From NCBI GenBank assembly GCA_026389425.1, contig JAPLHW010000246.1, forward strand, positions 1 to 61,628: a DNA stretch of 61,628 nt, in the 5' to 3' direction. This stretch comes from Coprothermobacterota bacterium (GTDB lineage: Bacteria; Caldisericota; JANLFM01). The notes below the pieces were generated by a model, which was not told the DNA's origin, ran no database searches, and saw nothing but the letters and a program-made list of their open reading frames with translations. The stretch's first letter is position 1; every line of letters begins with the position of its first letter. Below, piece by piece: positions 1-8,466 of the stretch. Both the position numbers and the translations under genes were made by a program.

Positions 1-424
1 TCATATTCTCATTGATCCACCGCGCCGTATAGTTCTTCCACGACAATACGATCTTCCCCAAAGAGAACCCTTCAAGCGGTTCAATCATGACATGACAATG
101 ATTGGGCATCACAACCCATTCCAACAGGCGGTAACGCTCCCAGTCAAAGCGAAGCCACGTATCTACCACACAGGCAGCGACATCAGGTTCTCGTAAAACG
201 CAGGAACCATAACCTGCATCCAAATAGACCTCGATCCTCCGGCGTAGTTGCGTCTCGCGTGCATCGCTGTCCCGGACTTTTTCCTTCAGCTCTGCCTGTA
301 TCTGTTCCAATGCCGATTGTGGCAGGGAATCTGCCAGACGGTAGGTGATGTGTTGGATGACATATGATGTGTCGAAGTGGGGCAGATAGCCACGGGAGTA
401 CCACCCCCGGAGTGGTTGCTCCAT
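1..424 (-). CDS. IS200/IS605-superfamily Y1 (HUH) transposase, RAYT-like; 3' end cut by window edge
   Basis: Not in the ORF track because it has no stop inside the window. Manual minus-strand translation from ATG 424-422 gives MEQPLRGWYSRGYLPHFDTSYVIQHITYRLADSLPQSALEQ...EWVVMPNHCHVMIEPLEGFSL. HUH motif (H-C-H) at nt 100-92. Frame stays open to nt 2. Confidence 0.7.
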   Translation of the reverse strand, partial: MEQPLRGWYSRGYLPHFDTSYVIQHITYRLADSLPQSALEQIQAELKEKVRDSDARETQLRRRIEVYLDAGYGSCVLREPDVAACVVDTWLRFDWERYRLLEWVVMPNHCHVMIEPLEGFSLGKIVLSWKNYTARWINENM

Positions 425-437
425 AGAACGGCTGGCT

Positions 438-477
438 TCCGTCACTTCACTGCTGATGCCGCACTGGGGTGCGGCGG
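438..477 (+). repeat. REP-like 40-bp repeat, copy 1 (TCCGTCACTTCACTGCTGATGCCGCACTGGGGTGCGGCGG)
   Basis: 40/40 identical to 506-545. Contains hairpin GCCGCAC-TGGG-GTGCGGC (7-bp stem) at 458-475. Lies 14 nt upstream of the RAYT-like start codon. Confidence 0.8.
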
Positions 478-505
478 TCCCAGGGATAGTCATCCCCAGT
501 TGTCC

Positions 506-545
506 TCCGTCACTTCACTGCTGATGCCGCACTGGGGTGCGGCGG
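506..545 (+). repeat. REP-like 40-bp repeat, copy 2
   Basis: Direct repeat of 438-477 with a 68-nt period. Hairpin at 526-543. Sits between the RAYT-like gene and the trxB stop. Confidence 0.8.
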
Positions 546-565
546 CCCCATGAGAGGATCCCCCG

Positions 566-1492
566 CTACTTTCTGGAGCCATGTCTTTGGAGAAAATGAA
601 TGGCGCTGATGGCTGCTACGGCGCCATCTGCGCAGGCAGTGATGTATTGACGGAGGGAGGTGCTTCGCACATCACCGGCAGCGAACAGACCAGGCACGGA
701 GGTTGTCATCTGCTCGTCGGTGAGGATCGCCCCAATCGGGTCGAGGTTGACCAAGCCCGATAAGAGACTCGAATTGGGCCGAAGGCCCACGTAGAGGAAA
801 ACGCCATCTATTTCGAGGGAGCGTTCTTGGCCACTGTTCACATCCTTCAAGACGACGCTCTGTACGTGGTTGGTCCCCTCGATGCGCAGCAAAATACTAT
901 TCCAGGCAATGGAGATGTTATGCGTGAGGAAGGCCAAGTCTTGAAGACACTGGGTTGCCCGCAGTTTGTCGCGGCGATGGACCAAGGTGACTTGGGAGGC
1001 GAGCTTGGCCAGGAAGAGGGCTTCCTGCACCGCGGAATCGCCACCCCCGACCACAAGCAAACGTTTTCCACGGAAGAGAGGGCCATCGCAGGTCGCACAA
1101 TAAGAAACCCCTTTTCCTCGGAACTCCACTTCTCCAGGGACTCCAAGGAGGGCGGGGAAAGCCCCGGTGGCCACGATTACAGCAGAAGCGGTGAAGGGGC
1201 CAGCGCCTGTTTCCAGGGAGAAGGCGTTACCAATGAGGGAAATTCGGCTGACTTCGGCCATCTCAACATGTAGTCCTGCCGCCTCCGCCTGTTGGCGCAT
1301 TCGGTCTACCAGATCGAAGCCGGAGATCCCCTCCGGGAGAGCAGGATAATTTTCCACCCAGTCCGTCGCTATTCCGGTACCTCCGGGGAGGCCGATCAGC
1401 AGCGCTTCCAAGCCTCCTCGAGCAGCGTAGAGCCCAGCCGTATAGCCGGCAGGACCGGCGCCAACGATGATGAGAGGATGAAGGGGACTCAT
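566..1492 (-). CDS. trxB: thioredoxin-disulfide reductase
   Basis: 308 aa. N-terminal GAGPAG FAD motif, redox-active CATCDG, second dinucleotide fold VVGGGDSA. Lies 1 nt downstream of trxA. Confidence 0.9.
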   Translation of the reverse strand: MSPLHPLIIVGAGPAGYTAGLYAARGGLEALLIGLPGGTGIATDWVENYPALPEGISGFDLVDRMRQQAEAAGLHVEMAEVSRISLIGNAFSLETGAGPFTASAVIVATGAFPALLGVPGEVEFRGKGVSYCATCDGPLFRGKRLLVVGGGDSAVQEALFLAKLASQVTLVHRRDKLRATQCLQDLAFLTHNISIAWNSILLRIEGTNHVQSVVLKDVNSGQERSLEIDGVFLYVGLRPNSSLLSGLVNLDPIGAILTDEQMTTSVPGLFAAGDVRSTSLRQYITACADGAVAAISAIHFLQRHGSRK

Positions 1493-1493
1493 C

Positions 1494-1811
1494 TTACAAG
1501 CCTAGCTTGGCCAGGATCTCCTTTTCCGGTTGATAGCCGACCCATTGGTTGACCAGCTTGCCATCTTTGAAATAGAGCAAATTGGGGATGCTGAAGATAC
1601 CGAATTTTTGGGCAAGGACAGGGTTCGAATCCACATTGACTTTGGTCACCTTCAATTTGGCTGCGTGGTCAGTTGCGATCTTTTCCAAGACGGGGCCGAC
1701 CATGCGACAAGGGCCGCACCAGGGAGCCCAAAAATCAACCAAAACTGGGAGCTTGGACTGGATTACCTCTTGTTCGAAGGTACTTTCAGTGACGTCTAGC
1801 GGTTGGGTCAT
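1494..1811 (-). CDS. trxA: thioredoxin
   Basis: 105 aa with a WCGPC active site. AGGAGG-type RBS upstream. Confidence 0.9.
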   Translation of the reverse strand: MTQPLDVTESTFEQEVIQSKLPVLVDFWAPWCGPCRMVGPVLEKIATDHAAKLKVTKVNVDSNPVLAQKFGIFSIPNLLYFKDGKLVNQWVGYQPEKEILAKLGL

Positions 1812-1877
1812 TTCTTCCTCCTTGAAAGGCTCTAGAATAGTCCTACAACGATCCGGTTTCTCGACTGCATTGTACCT

Positions 1878-1886
1878 TGTTATAAT
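1878..1886 (+). promoter_or_regulatory. extended -10 element TGtTATAAT upstream of rpe
   Basis: TG at 1878-1879 and TATAAT at 1881-1886. Only 6 nt separate it from GTG 1893 and 9 nt from ATG 1896. No good -35 seen. Confidence 0.4.
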
Positions 1887-1895
1887 GCCAAAGTG

Positions 1896-2582
1896 ATGAC
1901 GAATATTTCCCCCTCGCTGCTATCGGTTGATTTTTTCCGGTTCGACCAAGCTTTGGCCTTGCTCCAACAGCACGGCGTGAGCCAAGTGCACATCGATGTC
2001 ATGGATGGCCATTTTGTTCCCAACTTATCCTTCGGCGCCGAAATGGCTCGCGCTCTGCACCGTCATTATGTCATGCGCTCGGAGGCTCACCTGATGGTGG
2101 AGAGCCCAGAATCTTTTGTACCCCGTTTCTTGGATGCCGGGGCGACCGAGATTAGCGTACACCTGGAATCCACTCGTCACCCATCCCGTCTGCTGCAGAC
2201 GATCCGTGGCGGTGGCGCACTGGCGGGGCTGGCGCTTAACCCGGCCACCCCCTTGGAGTCTCTGCGTTATCTCTGGGGCAGCTTCGATTTCTTACTGCTG
2301 ATGTCGGTGGACCCAGGCTTTGGCGGACAAGTATTCCTACCCACTGTTTGGGAGAAAATCGAACAGGCTCGTCTAGAGATCGACGGCCGTCGGCTCCCGG
2401 TGCGCTTGGAGGTGGATGGCGGGGTGGGCCTGGACAATGCTGGGGAGCTGGTGAAGCGAGGGGTGGACACATTGGTAGTGGGTGCCGCCATTTTCGCCCA
2501 GAGAGACCCGGAAGCGTCTCTGCGCGATTTGATGGACCTGCTGACGAAAGTTTCGCACCAGAAGGAGGAAAACGAGCGATGA
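1896..2582 (+). CDS. rpe: ribulose-phosphate 3-epimerase
   Basis: Motifs PSLLSVDF, HIDVMDGHFVPN, MSVDPGFGGQ. Start is ATG 1896 or GTG 1893. Confidence 0.9.
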   Translation: MTNISPSLLSVDFFRFDQALALLQQHGVSQVHIDVMDGHFVPNLSFGAEMARALHRHYVMRSEAHLMVESPESFVPRFLDAGATEISVHLESTRHPSRLLQTIRGGGALAGLALNPATPLESLRYLWGSFDFLLLMSVDPGFGGQVFLPTVWEKIEQARLEIDGRRLPVRLEVDGGVGLDNAGELVKRGVDTLVVGAAIFAQRDPEASLRDLMDLLTKVSHQKEENER

Positions 2583-2884
2583 TGAAGCATTTTCTGGTTG
2601 AGATCACCTACAATGTCCCAGTAGCGGAGCTTGGGGAGGCGGTGGCCGAGCACCGCGCTTTCCTGCAGATCGGTTACGATCGTGGCTGGTTGCTCTTTTC
2701 CGGGCCACAGAACCCGCGCTTGGGTGGGGTCGTGATCGCCCGAGCCCCTACGCTTGTGGACCTGCAGCGGTTTTTCGCAGAGGATGTCTATACCCGTAGG
2801 AACTTAGCTCAGTTTCGTTTTCTAGAGTTCGAGCCGGTAAAATGGCAACCGTTTCTACGGGAATGGGTGGAGGGAAAACAGTAG
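2579..2884 (+). CDS. YciI-like (YCII-related) small protein
   Basis: About 101 aa, MMKHFLVEITY...GPQNPRLGGVVIA. Start overlaps the rpe stop (ATGATGA). Family assignment is from memory of YciI-like sequences. Confidence 0.5.
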   Translation: MMKHFLVEITYNVPVAELGEAVAEHRAFLQIGYDRGWLLFSGPQNPRLGGVVIARAPTLVDLQRFFAEDVYTRRNLAQFRFLEFEPVKWQPFLREWVEGKQ

Positions 2885-3053
2885 GATTCCTCTCTTTGTT
2901 CGGGCTTGCTAAGAAACCTCCAAACTATTACCTTAAATGGGGACAACAGGCACACTGTCAATGGAGGTGTGTCTTGGGAGGTTACCTAATGAGCAAACGA
3001 GAACCCGGCAACGTACTGCGGCAGCAAAGAACTGCGATCATCCGGTGGGGCTG

Positions 3054-5030
3054 ATGGTAAACGGCTACGTCCTTTTGCATTTCGTCGCTGCAGCTGGCTA
3101 CCTGGCGATCGGACTGTACGCCATTCGCTTGGATCGCAAGGCGAGATTGAACCGCATTTTCCTGGTGATCTGCTTGGCCAGTTTCATTTGGGCGCTGGCC
3201 ATCGCTTTGATCCTGATGGAGGACAACGCAGCCGTCGCCTCCCTGCTGTACCTCTTGACCTCCCTAGGGTGGGGTTTCGGCCCTGGGCTGGTGCTGGCTT
3301 TTTCCCTGGAGCTGAGCGGGACGCCCTGCCGGGGGCTAAGAAGTTCGCGTCTCCCTTCCTGGCTGGCTTTCCTGATCTGCTTGCTGCCCGGTTGTCTGAT
3401 CTTTGGCCGCTCCCTGGCCGACTTCTTGCAGACCACGAACCTGACCATGGGCACCCAGGTGGGCGGATCCAGCTTTGATCTCTCCCTCTGGTGGCACTAC
3501 TTCTACCTCGCCTATTACCTCCTCTATTTGATCGGCGCAGTCGTGACGATCTCCCTCTGGGGGCATCGCTCCACGCTTCGGAGGGAGAAGCTGCAGGCTC
3601 GTTGGGTGGCCCTCACCCTGGCCCTGGGGGTTTTCCTGAGCTTCCTCAACGAGTCTCTCCTGCCGCAGATGGGGATCGACCTGATGATGAGGATTCCCTC
3701 GGTGATCATGCTGGTGTGGATCTTCGGCATGCTGGTGGCCATCGCCCGCTACCGCCTGATGGTTCTCACCCCTGCCTTGGCCACCGAGGAGATCGCTTGG
3801 CGGATGATGGATATGCTGGTGCTGTTAGACACCCAGGGACGGATTGCCAAGGTTAACCGAAGAACGGAAGAACTGCTGGGCTGCCGCGAGGCGGAACTGT
3901 TGGGCCAGCCGTTGGCCCTGATCCTCAAGGAATCCCATCTCGTCCCCCAAGAGTTGAGGCAGATGCGCCACTCAGCCGGCCAGAACCACATCCAACAACG
4001 GCTTACCTTCCTCAGCAGAGGGGGTGGAGAGATCCCGGTGGAGGTCGCCATCACCGGATTGCGGGATCGCGCCGGCGACTACATGGGGATCGTGATGGTA
4101 GCCCAAGACCTGCGCATGACCCTCCAATTGGAGCACGAAATCGCCGAGCGGCGTCAGGCCGAGGAAGCCTTGCGCCGCTCGGCGGACCAACTCGAACAGC
4201 GAGTGGAGGAGCGGACGAACGAGCTCAACTTGGCTAACAGCGCCCTTCAGGTTGAGATCAACCTTCGCAAGGAACTGGAGGAAGATCTGCGCCAGAATAG
4301 TCTTCGCTTGCAGAATTTATCACACCGTCTGGTGGAAGCCCAGGAAAGCGAACGTCGAAGCCTCGCTCGTGAATTGCATGATGATTTTGGGCAAACGCTG
4401 ACCGCCCTCAAGTTAATGATTGACCAGTTGCCTTCAAGTTCTTCCTCGGCTGACCAAGGTGTCATGGACCAAATTCAAGGTTTGATGAAAGAATTACTGG
4501 CTCGAGTACGAAATATTTCCCTCGATCTGCGCCCGATGATGCTGGATGACCTGGGGTTACTACCTGCTCTGACTTGGCTCTGCAAGCGCTATACCGAGCG
4601 TACCCGGATTTCCGTCGATTTCAGCCAGCGCGGTTTGGAAGAGCGGCTCCCTTCTGACCTGGAAACTGCTCTCTTCCGTATTGTGCAGGAAGCGTTAACC
4701 AATGTGGCGCGTCACGCCGAGGTGAGGAACGCAAGAATAGGACTGGTCGTCAGTTCGAAGAGGGTGATCCTGGAAGTGATCGACCAAGGCGTGGGCTTCG
4801 ATCTTCAGAGAGTAGCAGCGGAGGGAGATCGAACCGGCTTAAGTAGCATGCGCGAGCGGGCCGCCGCGTTGAGAGGATCCCTCGAAGTGCGCACCCAACT
4901 CGGTCAGGGTACTCATCTGAAAGTCAGCTTGCCGATTCCAGGAAGCGATCGAAATCGTCATGTTTCTCGGAGTCGCAATCATCCATCGACGAAATCACAG
5001 GAAGCTTTGACGAATCGCCAGCAACCATAG
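3054..5030 (+). CDS. sensor histidine kinase: multi-TM N-terminal domain, PAS, coiled coil, HisKA_3, HATPase (NarL-class)
   Basis: H-box HELHDDFGQTLTALK, N-box QEALTNVARHA, G-box DQGVGF. About 7 hydrophobic segments at the N-terminus. ATG 3054 chosen inside track ORF 2937-5030. No response regulator is adjacent. Confidence 0.8.
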   Translation: MVNGYVLLHFVAAAGYLAIGLYAIRLDRKARLNRIFLVICLASFIWALAIALILMEDNAAVASLLYLLTSLGWGFGPGLVLAFSLELSGTPCRGLRSSRLPSWLAFLICLLPGCLIFGRSLADFLQTTNLTMGTQVGGSSFDLSLWWHYFYLAYYLLYLIGAVVTISLWGHRSTLRREKLQARWVALTLALGVFLSFLNESLLPQMGIDLMMRIPSVIMLVWIFGMLVAIARYRLMVLTPALATEEIAWRMMDMLVLLDTQGRIAKVNRRTEELLGCREAELLGQPLALILKESHLVPQELRQMRHSAGQNHIQQRLTFLSRGGGEIPVEVAITGLRDRAGDYMGIVMVAQDLRMTLQLEHEIAERRQAEEALRRSADQLEQRVEERTNELNLANSALQVEINLRKELEEDLRQNSLRLQNLSHRLVEAQESERRSLARELHDDFGQTLTALKLMIDQLPSSSSSADQGVMDQIQGLMKELLARVRNISLDLRPMMLDDLGLLPALTWLCKRYTERTRISVDFSQRGLEERLPSDLETALFRIVQEALTNVARHAEVRNARIGLVVSSKRVILEVIDQGVGFDLQRVAAEGDRTGLSSMRERAAALRGSLEVRTQLGQGTHLKVSLPIPGSDRNRHVSRSRNHPSTKSQEALTNRQQP

Positions 5031-5041
5031 GGCTCGACGAA

Positions 5042-7420
5042 ATGGTGTGCCCTCCACAGACCTTGAAAGGGTCGTCTTTCATTAAACCGAATAGAGGAGA
5101 GGATTTGGATGGACCAGGACCCAGAAGAATGATGAGAGAGGGCACGAAGGAAGCGGGCGCCTCCGGAGAGGAGTTTCTCGTCTCGTTGCTCGACCATTGC
5201 GATCAATGGTCCGAACAACCCGAAGGGCCGCCGTTGCCAAAGGGCCGCCTTCATCCCTATACCCGATTATTTTCCCCGATTCAGGTCAATAGTCTCACCT
5301 TGAAAAACCGCCTGGTGATGGGGCCGATGGGAAATATCAACATGGCCGAAGAGATGGGCCGTCCCTCAGCCCGGATGATCGCTTATTTCGAGGAACGCGC
5401 GCGAGGTGGAGTGGGGCTGATCACCTCCGGTTTGGTCCCCGTCAGCCAAGGGATCGACCCCACAACGACTGAGGCTGGGGATCGCAGCCTTTTCCCGCGA
5501 CTGGATCGGTCACGCACTGTGCTCGATGGGTGGCGCACATTGGTTGAGAGACTTCACGCTTGGGGTACGCACTTTTTTATTCAGCTTACGCCTGGGCTCG
5601 GCCGGGTGGGTTCTCCGGAGGTCTTGCTAAAAAAATGGAGACTGCCCGTCTCTTCCTGGTGGAACCCGAACTTCTACTTGCCTGGAGTCCCTTGCCGCCC
5701 GCTTAGCGATGGCGAATGCCGGCGCATTATCGTCCGGACCGGCCAGGCTGCCGCTGACGCCAAGGCATTGGGAATCGACGGCGTCTACCTCCATGGTCAC
5801 GAAGGATACCTCTTGGAGCAAATGACTAACACTGCCTTCAATCGTCGTCCCTGGGGACGATACCGCGACTGGCGGCGATTCGGACTGGAGTTGGTGACCG
5901 AAGTGCGCCGGCGGATAGGCCCTCTTTATCCGGTCATGTACCGGATCGACCTCTCCCTCGCCCTTCGCGCAAGTTACGGCGCGAAGATGGACGAGATCCC
6001 AAGCCTTCGCCGTTTCCGCCATGAGCGGACCATCGCCCAAAGTCTCTCTTACCTGGAGGAGTTGGTGGGCGTCGGTGTGGACATGGTGGATGCAGACTTA
6101 GGTGGGTACGACAATTGGTGGCTACCCCATCCCCCGGACTCGATGCCAGCGGGTTGTTACCTGCCTGTCGCCCGGCTGGTGAAAGAACATTTCTCCCTGG
6201 CCGGGGTGAGAAGCCGATCGGGGCAAGAGGTGCCGGTGGTGGCAGTCGGCAAGCTGGGGGATCCTGACCTGGCCGAGGAGGCAATGCGGAGGGGCGATTG
6301 CGATCTGGTGATGTTGGCACGTCCGCTCTTGGCCGACCCGCAATGGCCAAAAAAAGCCTACGCGGGGCGGGTTGCGGAGATCCGCCCTTGCATCGGCGAC
6401 CAGGAAGCTTGTTTGAATGAGTTCTTGGAAGGGGGTCACCCTCAGTGTTCTGTCAACCCGCGCAGCGGCTTCGAGGATTTCTCCAGAGGCGAGGATCTCT
6501 CGCCAAGCTTCTACCCGAAGCGGATCGGGGTGGTCGGAGCAGGTCCGGCCGGCATCCTTTGCGCTCTCACTGCGGCGCGGCGCGGCCATGCCGTGACGTT
6601 GTGGGAACAAGCCGATGCTGCAGGTGGGATGATGATTCCGGCTTCCGCTCCTCGCATCAAAACAGACCTGCGCGCCTCCTTGGAATTCCTCGAGCGAGAG
6701 TTGAGCGGTTGCGCCCAGGCGCACAACTTGGTGATTCACTTGGGCCGGAAAGTTACGCCGGCTCTCCTGGGAGAGGCAGGGATCGACGTATTGGTCTTGG
6801 CTACCGGTGGTGTACAACCGGCACCAAGTTTCCCGGGTTGTGATTCCCCAGTGACCCTACAAGCGGTCGATCTTCTTCGCCGACCCGACCGTATTGAGGA
6901 AGGATGTCATGTTATGGTCGTCGGCGGGGGTATGTTGGGTTGCGAATGTGCCCATTTCCTAGCTGCCGAACGGTCCTGCCGAGTAACCTTGATCGAGGGA
7001 GCTCCCCACTTCATGATTGGCGCTTGTACGGCCAATCGCGGCCATCTTCTGCACCTTCTCGAAAAAACGGGAGTACAACTTTGGAACTGCACCCAACTGA
7101 TACGTTTGGAGGGGGAGAGGGCAGTCCTCTTGAAAAACACATCGAATAGCGTACCGGACCCAACCCACACCTGGGTGCCCCTCTTACCGGAGAATATCCC
7201 CAATCCCCTGGCCAAACCCTTGCGCGTACGGTTGGAAGAGAAAACCATCGCTGTTGATTGGGTCGTCCTCGCCCAGGGGTTGACTTCGAACCGCTCCCTC
7301 TATCAAACCTGTCTGGAGCAACGGTCAGCGCCCGAGATCCACCTCATCGGGGATGCCTTCCAGGTCGGTCGCATCTTCCATGCGGTGAAGGCCGGCTTCA
7401 TCGTAGGGGCGACAATCTAA
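5042..7420 (+). CDS. OYE-like FMN oxidoreductase fused to an FAD/NAD(P)-binding domain (2,4-dienoyl-CoA reductase-like)
   Basis: LFSPIQVNSLTLKNRLVMGPMG TIM-barrel start, later VVGAGPAGILCAL and VVGGGMLGCE dinucleotide folds. Start uncertain: ATG 5042, ATG 5129, or TTG 5234 with GAAGGG 6 nt upstream. By family N-terminus the last is most plausible. Confidence 0.8.
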   Translation: MVCPPQTLKGSSFIKPNRGEDLDGPGPRRMMREGTKEAGASGEEFLVSLLDHCDQWSEQPEGPPLPKGRLHPYTRLFSPIQVNSLTLKNRLVMGPMGNINMAEEMGRPSARMIAYFEERARGGVGLITSGLVPVSQGIDPTTTEAGDRSLFPRLDRSRTVLDGWRTLVERLHAWGTHFFIQLTPGLGRVGSPEVLLKKWRLPVSSWWNPNFYLPGVPCRPLSDGECRRIIVRTGQAAADAKALGIDGVYLHGHEGYLLEQMTNTAFNRRPWGRYRDWRRFGLELVTEVRRRIGPLYPVMYRIDLSLALRASYGAKMDEIPSLRRFRHERTIAQSLSYLEELVGVGVDMVDADLGGYDNWWLPHPPDSMPAGCYLPVARLVKEHFSLAGVRSRSGQEVPVVAVGKLGDPDLAEEAMRRGDCDLVMLARPLLADPQWPKKAYAGRVAEIRPCIGDQEACLNEFLEGGHPQCSVNPRSGFEDFSRGEDLSPSFYPKRIGVVGAGPAGILCALTAARRGHAVTLWEQADAAGGMMIPASAPRIKTDLRASLEFLERELSGCAQAHNLVIHLGRKVTPALLGEAGIDVLVLATGGVQPAPSFPGCDSPVTLQAVDLLRRPDRIEEGCHVMVVGGGMLGCECAHFLAAERSCRVTLIEGAPHFMIGACTANRGHLLHLLEKTGVQLWNCTQLIRLEGERAVLLKNTSNSVPDPTHTWVPLLPENIPNPLAKPLRVRLEEKTIAVDWVVLAQGLTSNRSLYQTCLEQRSAPEIHLIGDAFQVGRIFHAVKAGFIVGATI

Positions 7421-7431
7421 GCACCCCGTAA

Positions 7432-7468
7432 AGCAATGGGGACAGATTTCAAATCTGTCCCCATTGCT
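7432..7468. terminator. 37-bp palindrome (repeat family A, copy 1); probable bidirectional terminator between convergent genes
   Basis: AGCAATGGGGACAGATTT-C-AAATCTGTCCCCATTGCT, with perfect 18-nt arms. Lies between stops at 7420 (+) and 7530 (-). The core recurs at 44902-44940. Confidence 0.6.
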
Positions 7469-7529
7469 GATGTTGCTGCACAAGTGGAGCTGGATATCCT
7501 GCCGTTTCTATACGAGATTTCCAGTCCCG

Positions 7530-8108
7530 TCAGGATCTACGGGCAATGGCTGAAAGAAGGGCGCCGATCCCGATGATGATCAAGAAGAAGGGCCAGACTT
7601 TACTCCAGTCCCAGTTGAAGAAGAAAATCAAGGCCACGAAGGTCAACATCAGACCACCGATCAAGGAACCTCCAGCAGCGGAAGTGAAACGGCCATGTTC
7701 CTGTATCGAGGAGATCATCGTGGCGAAGGCACCTACGGCTGGGATCAGGATAAAGATTGCCCACCAGTTGTTCAAGGTGAAGATGCCGAGATTCTGCAGA
7801 AGGAAAATCACGCCGAGGGCTAGCAGGCCAAGCCCCCAGATCCAGCCGGAACCTCCATGGCGGTGGCGGCGAGTTGCCTGCCAGGAATCATGGCTCGACC
7901 AGCTTGGTGGAGGTGGCGGCGGTGGGGGAGACACCTGATTCGCTGGTGGTTGTTGGCTCCAATTTGGAGGTGGTTGGCTCTCGTGCGGTTGTTCTGAAGA
8001 GGGCGGAAAGGCTTCGGGAGGCTGGCCGCCAGTCTGGTTTGGACCTTGCGGTTGAGTTCCCCAACCAGGCTGAGAGCTGTTGGGGGGAGGGGTCGGAACG
8101 GTGTTCAT
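7530..8108 (-). CDS. membrane protein with Pro/Gln-rich N-terminus and LiaF/DUF-type TM C-terminal region
   Basis: 192 aa. N-terminal half is low complexity (PPPPPPPPSW). C-terminal half has 4 hydrophobic helices. Co-oriented with two PspC-domain genes. Confidence 0.55.
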   Translation of the reverse strand: MNTVPTPPPNSSQPGWGTQPQGPNQTGGQPPEAFPPSSEQPHESQPPPNWSQQPPANQVSPPPPPPPPSWSSHDSWQATRRHRHGGSGWIWGLGLLALGVIFLLQNLGIFTLNNWWAIFILIPAVGAFATMISSIQEHGRFTSAAGGSLIGGLMLTFVALIFFFNWDWSKVWPFFLIIIGIGALLSAIARRS

Positions 8109-8120
8109 CTTACGATCTCC

Positions 8121-8375
8121 TTATCGAGTAGGTTCATCCGGGATCACGATCCAGGCAACGATGTAGGCAAAAAAACCAAAGCCGGCGAAGAAAATAGTGA
8201 AGGCCCAAATGAGGCGGACCAAGGTGGGATCAATTCCCAAGTAGTCGGCGAGGCCTCCGGCTACTCCTCCGATCATGCGATTCCGGCGGGATCGGAGTAG
8301 GCGACGAGCTGGCGGCGGCGATTGGGTGGGGGGAGGAAGGGGCACTTGGTTGGGATTCTGGTTCATTTGTTCCAT
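8121..8375 (-). CDS. PspC-domain protein
   Basis: RSRRNRMIGGVAGGLADYLGIDPTLVRLIWAFTIFFAGFG is a typical PspC domain. Confidence 0.75.
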   Translation of the reverse strand: MEQMNQNPNQVPLPPPTQSPPPARRLLRSRRNRMIGGVAGGLADYLGIDPTLVRLIWAFTIFFAGFGFFAYIVAWIVIPDEPTR

Positions 8376-8466
8376 TAGTAAGTTTCCTTTCTGATTTTAT
8401 TTAGAGATGAACCGGCTGCGATGGCCTCCGCTGAAGGCCGCACCCGGCATTTCATCTCATGCGCCT

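Noticed and set aside
5031-5233. Possible riboswitch (for example FMN) in the region ahead of the flavoenzyme gene
   Set aside because: I could not recognise any conserved riboswitch core sequence, and the region may simply be coding if ATG 5042 or 5129 is used.
8433-8455. GCCGCACCCGGCAT resembling the REP-1 hairpin arm with an internal deletion
   Set aside because: Only about 14 nt match and a 6-nt gap is needed. Insufficient evidence.
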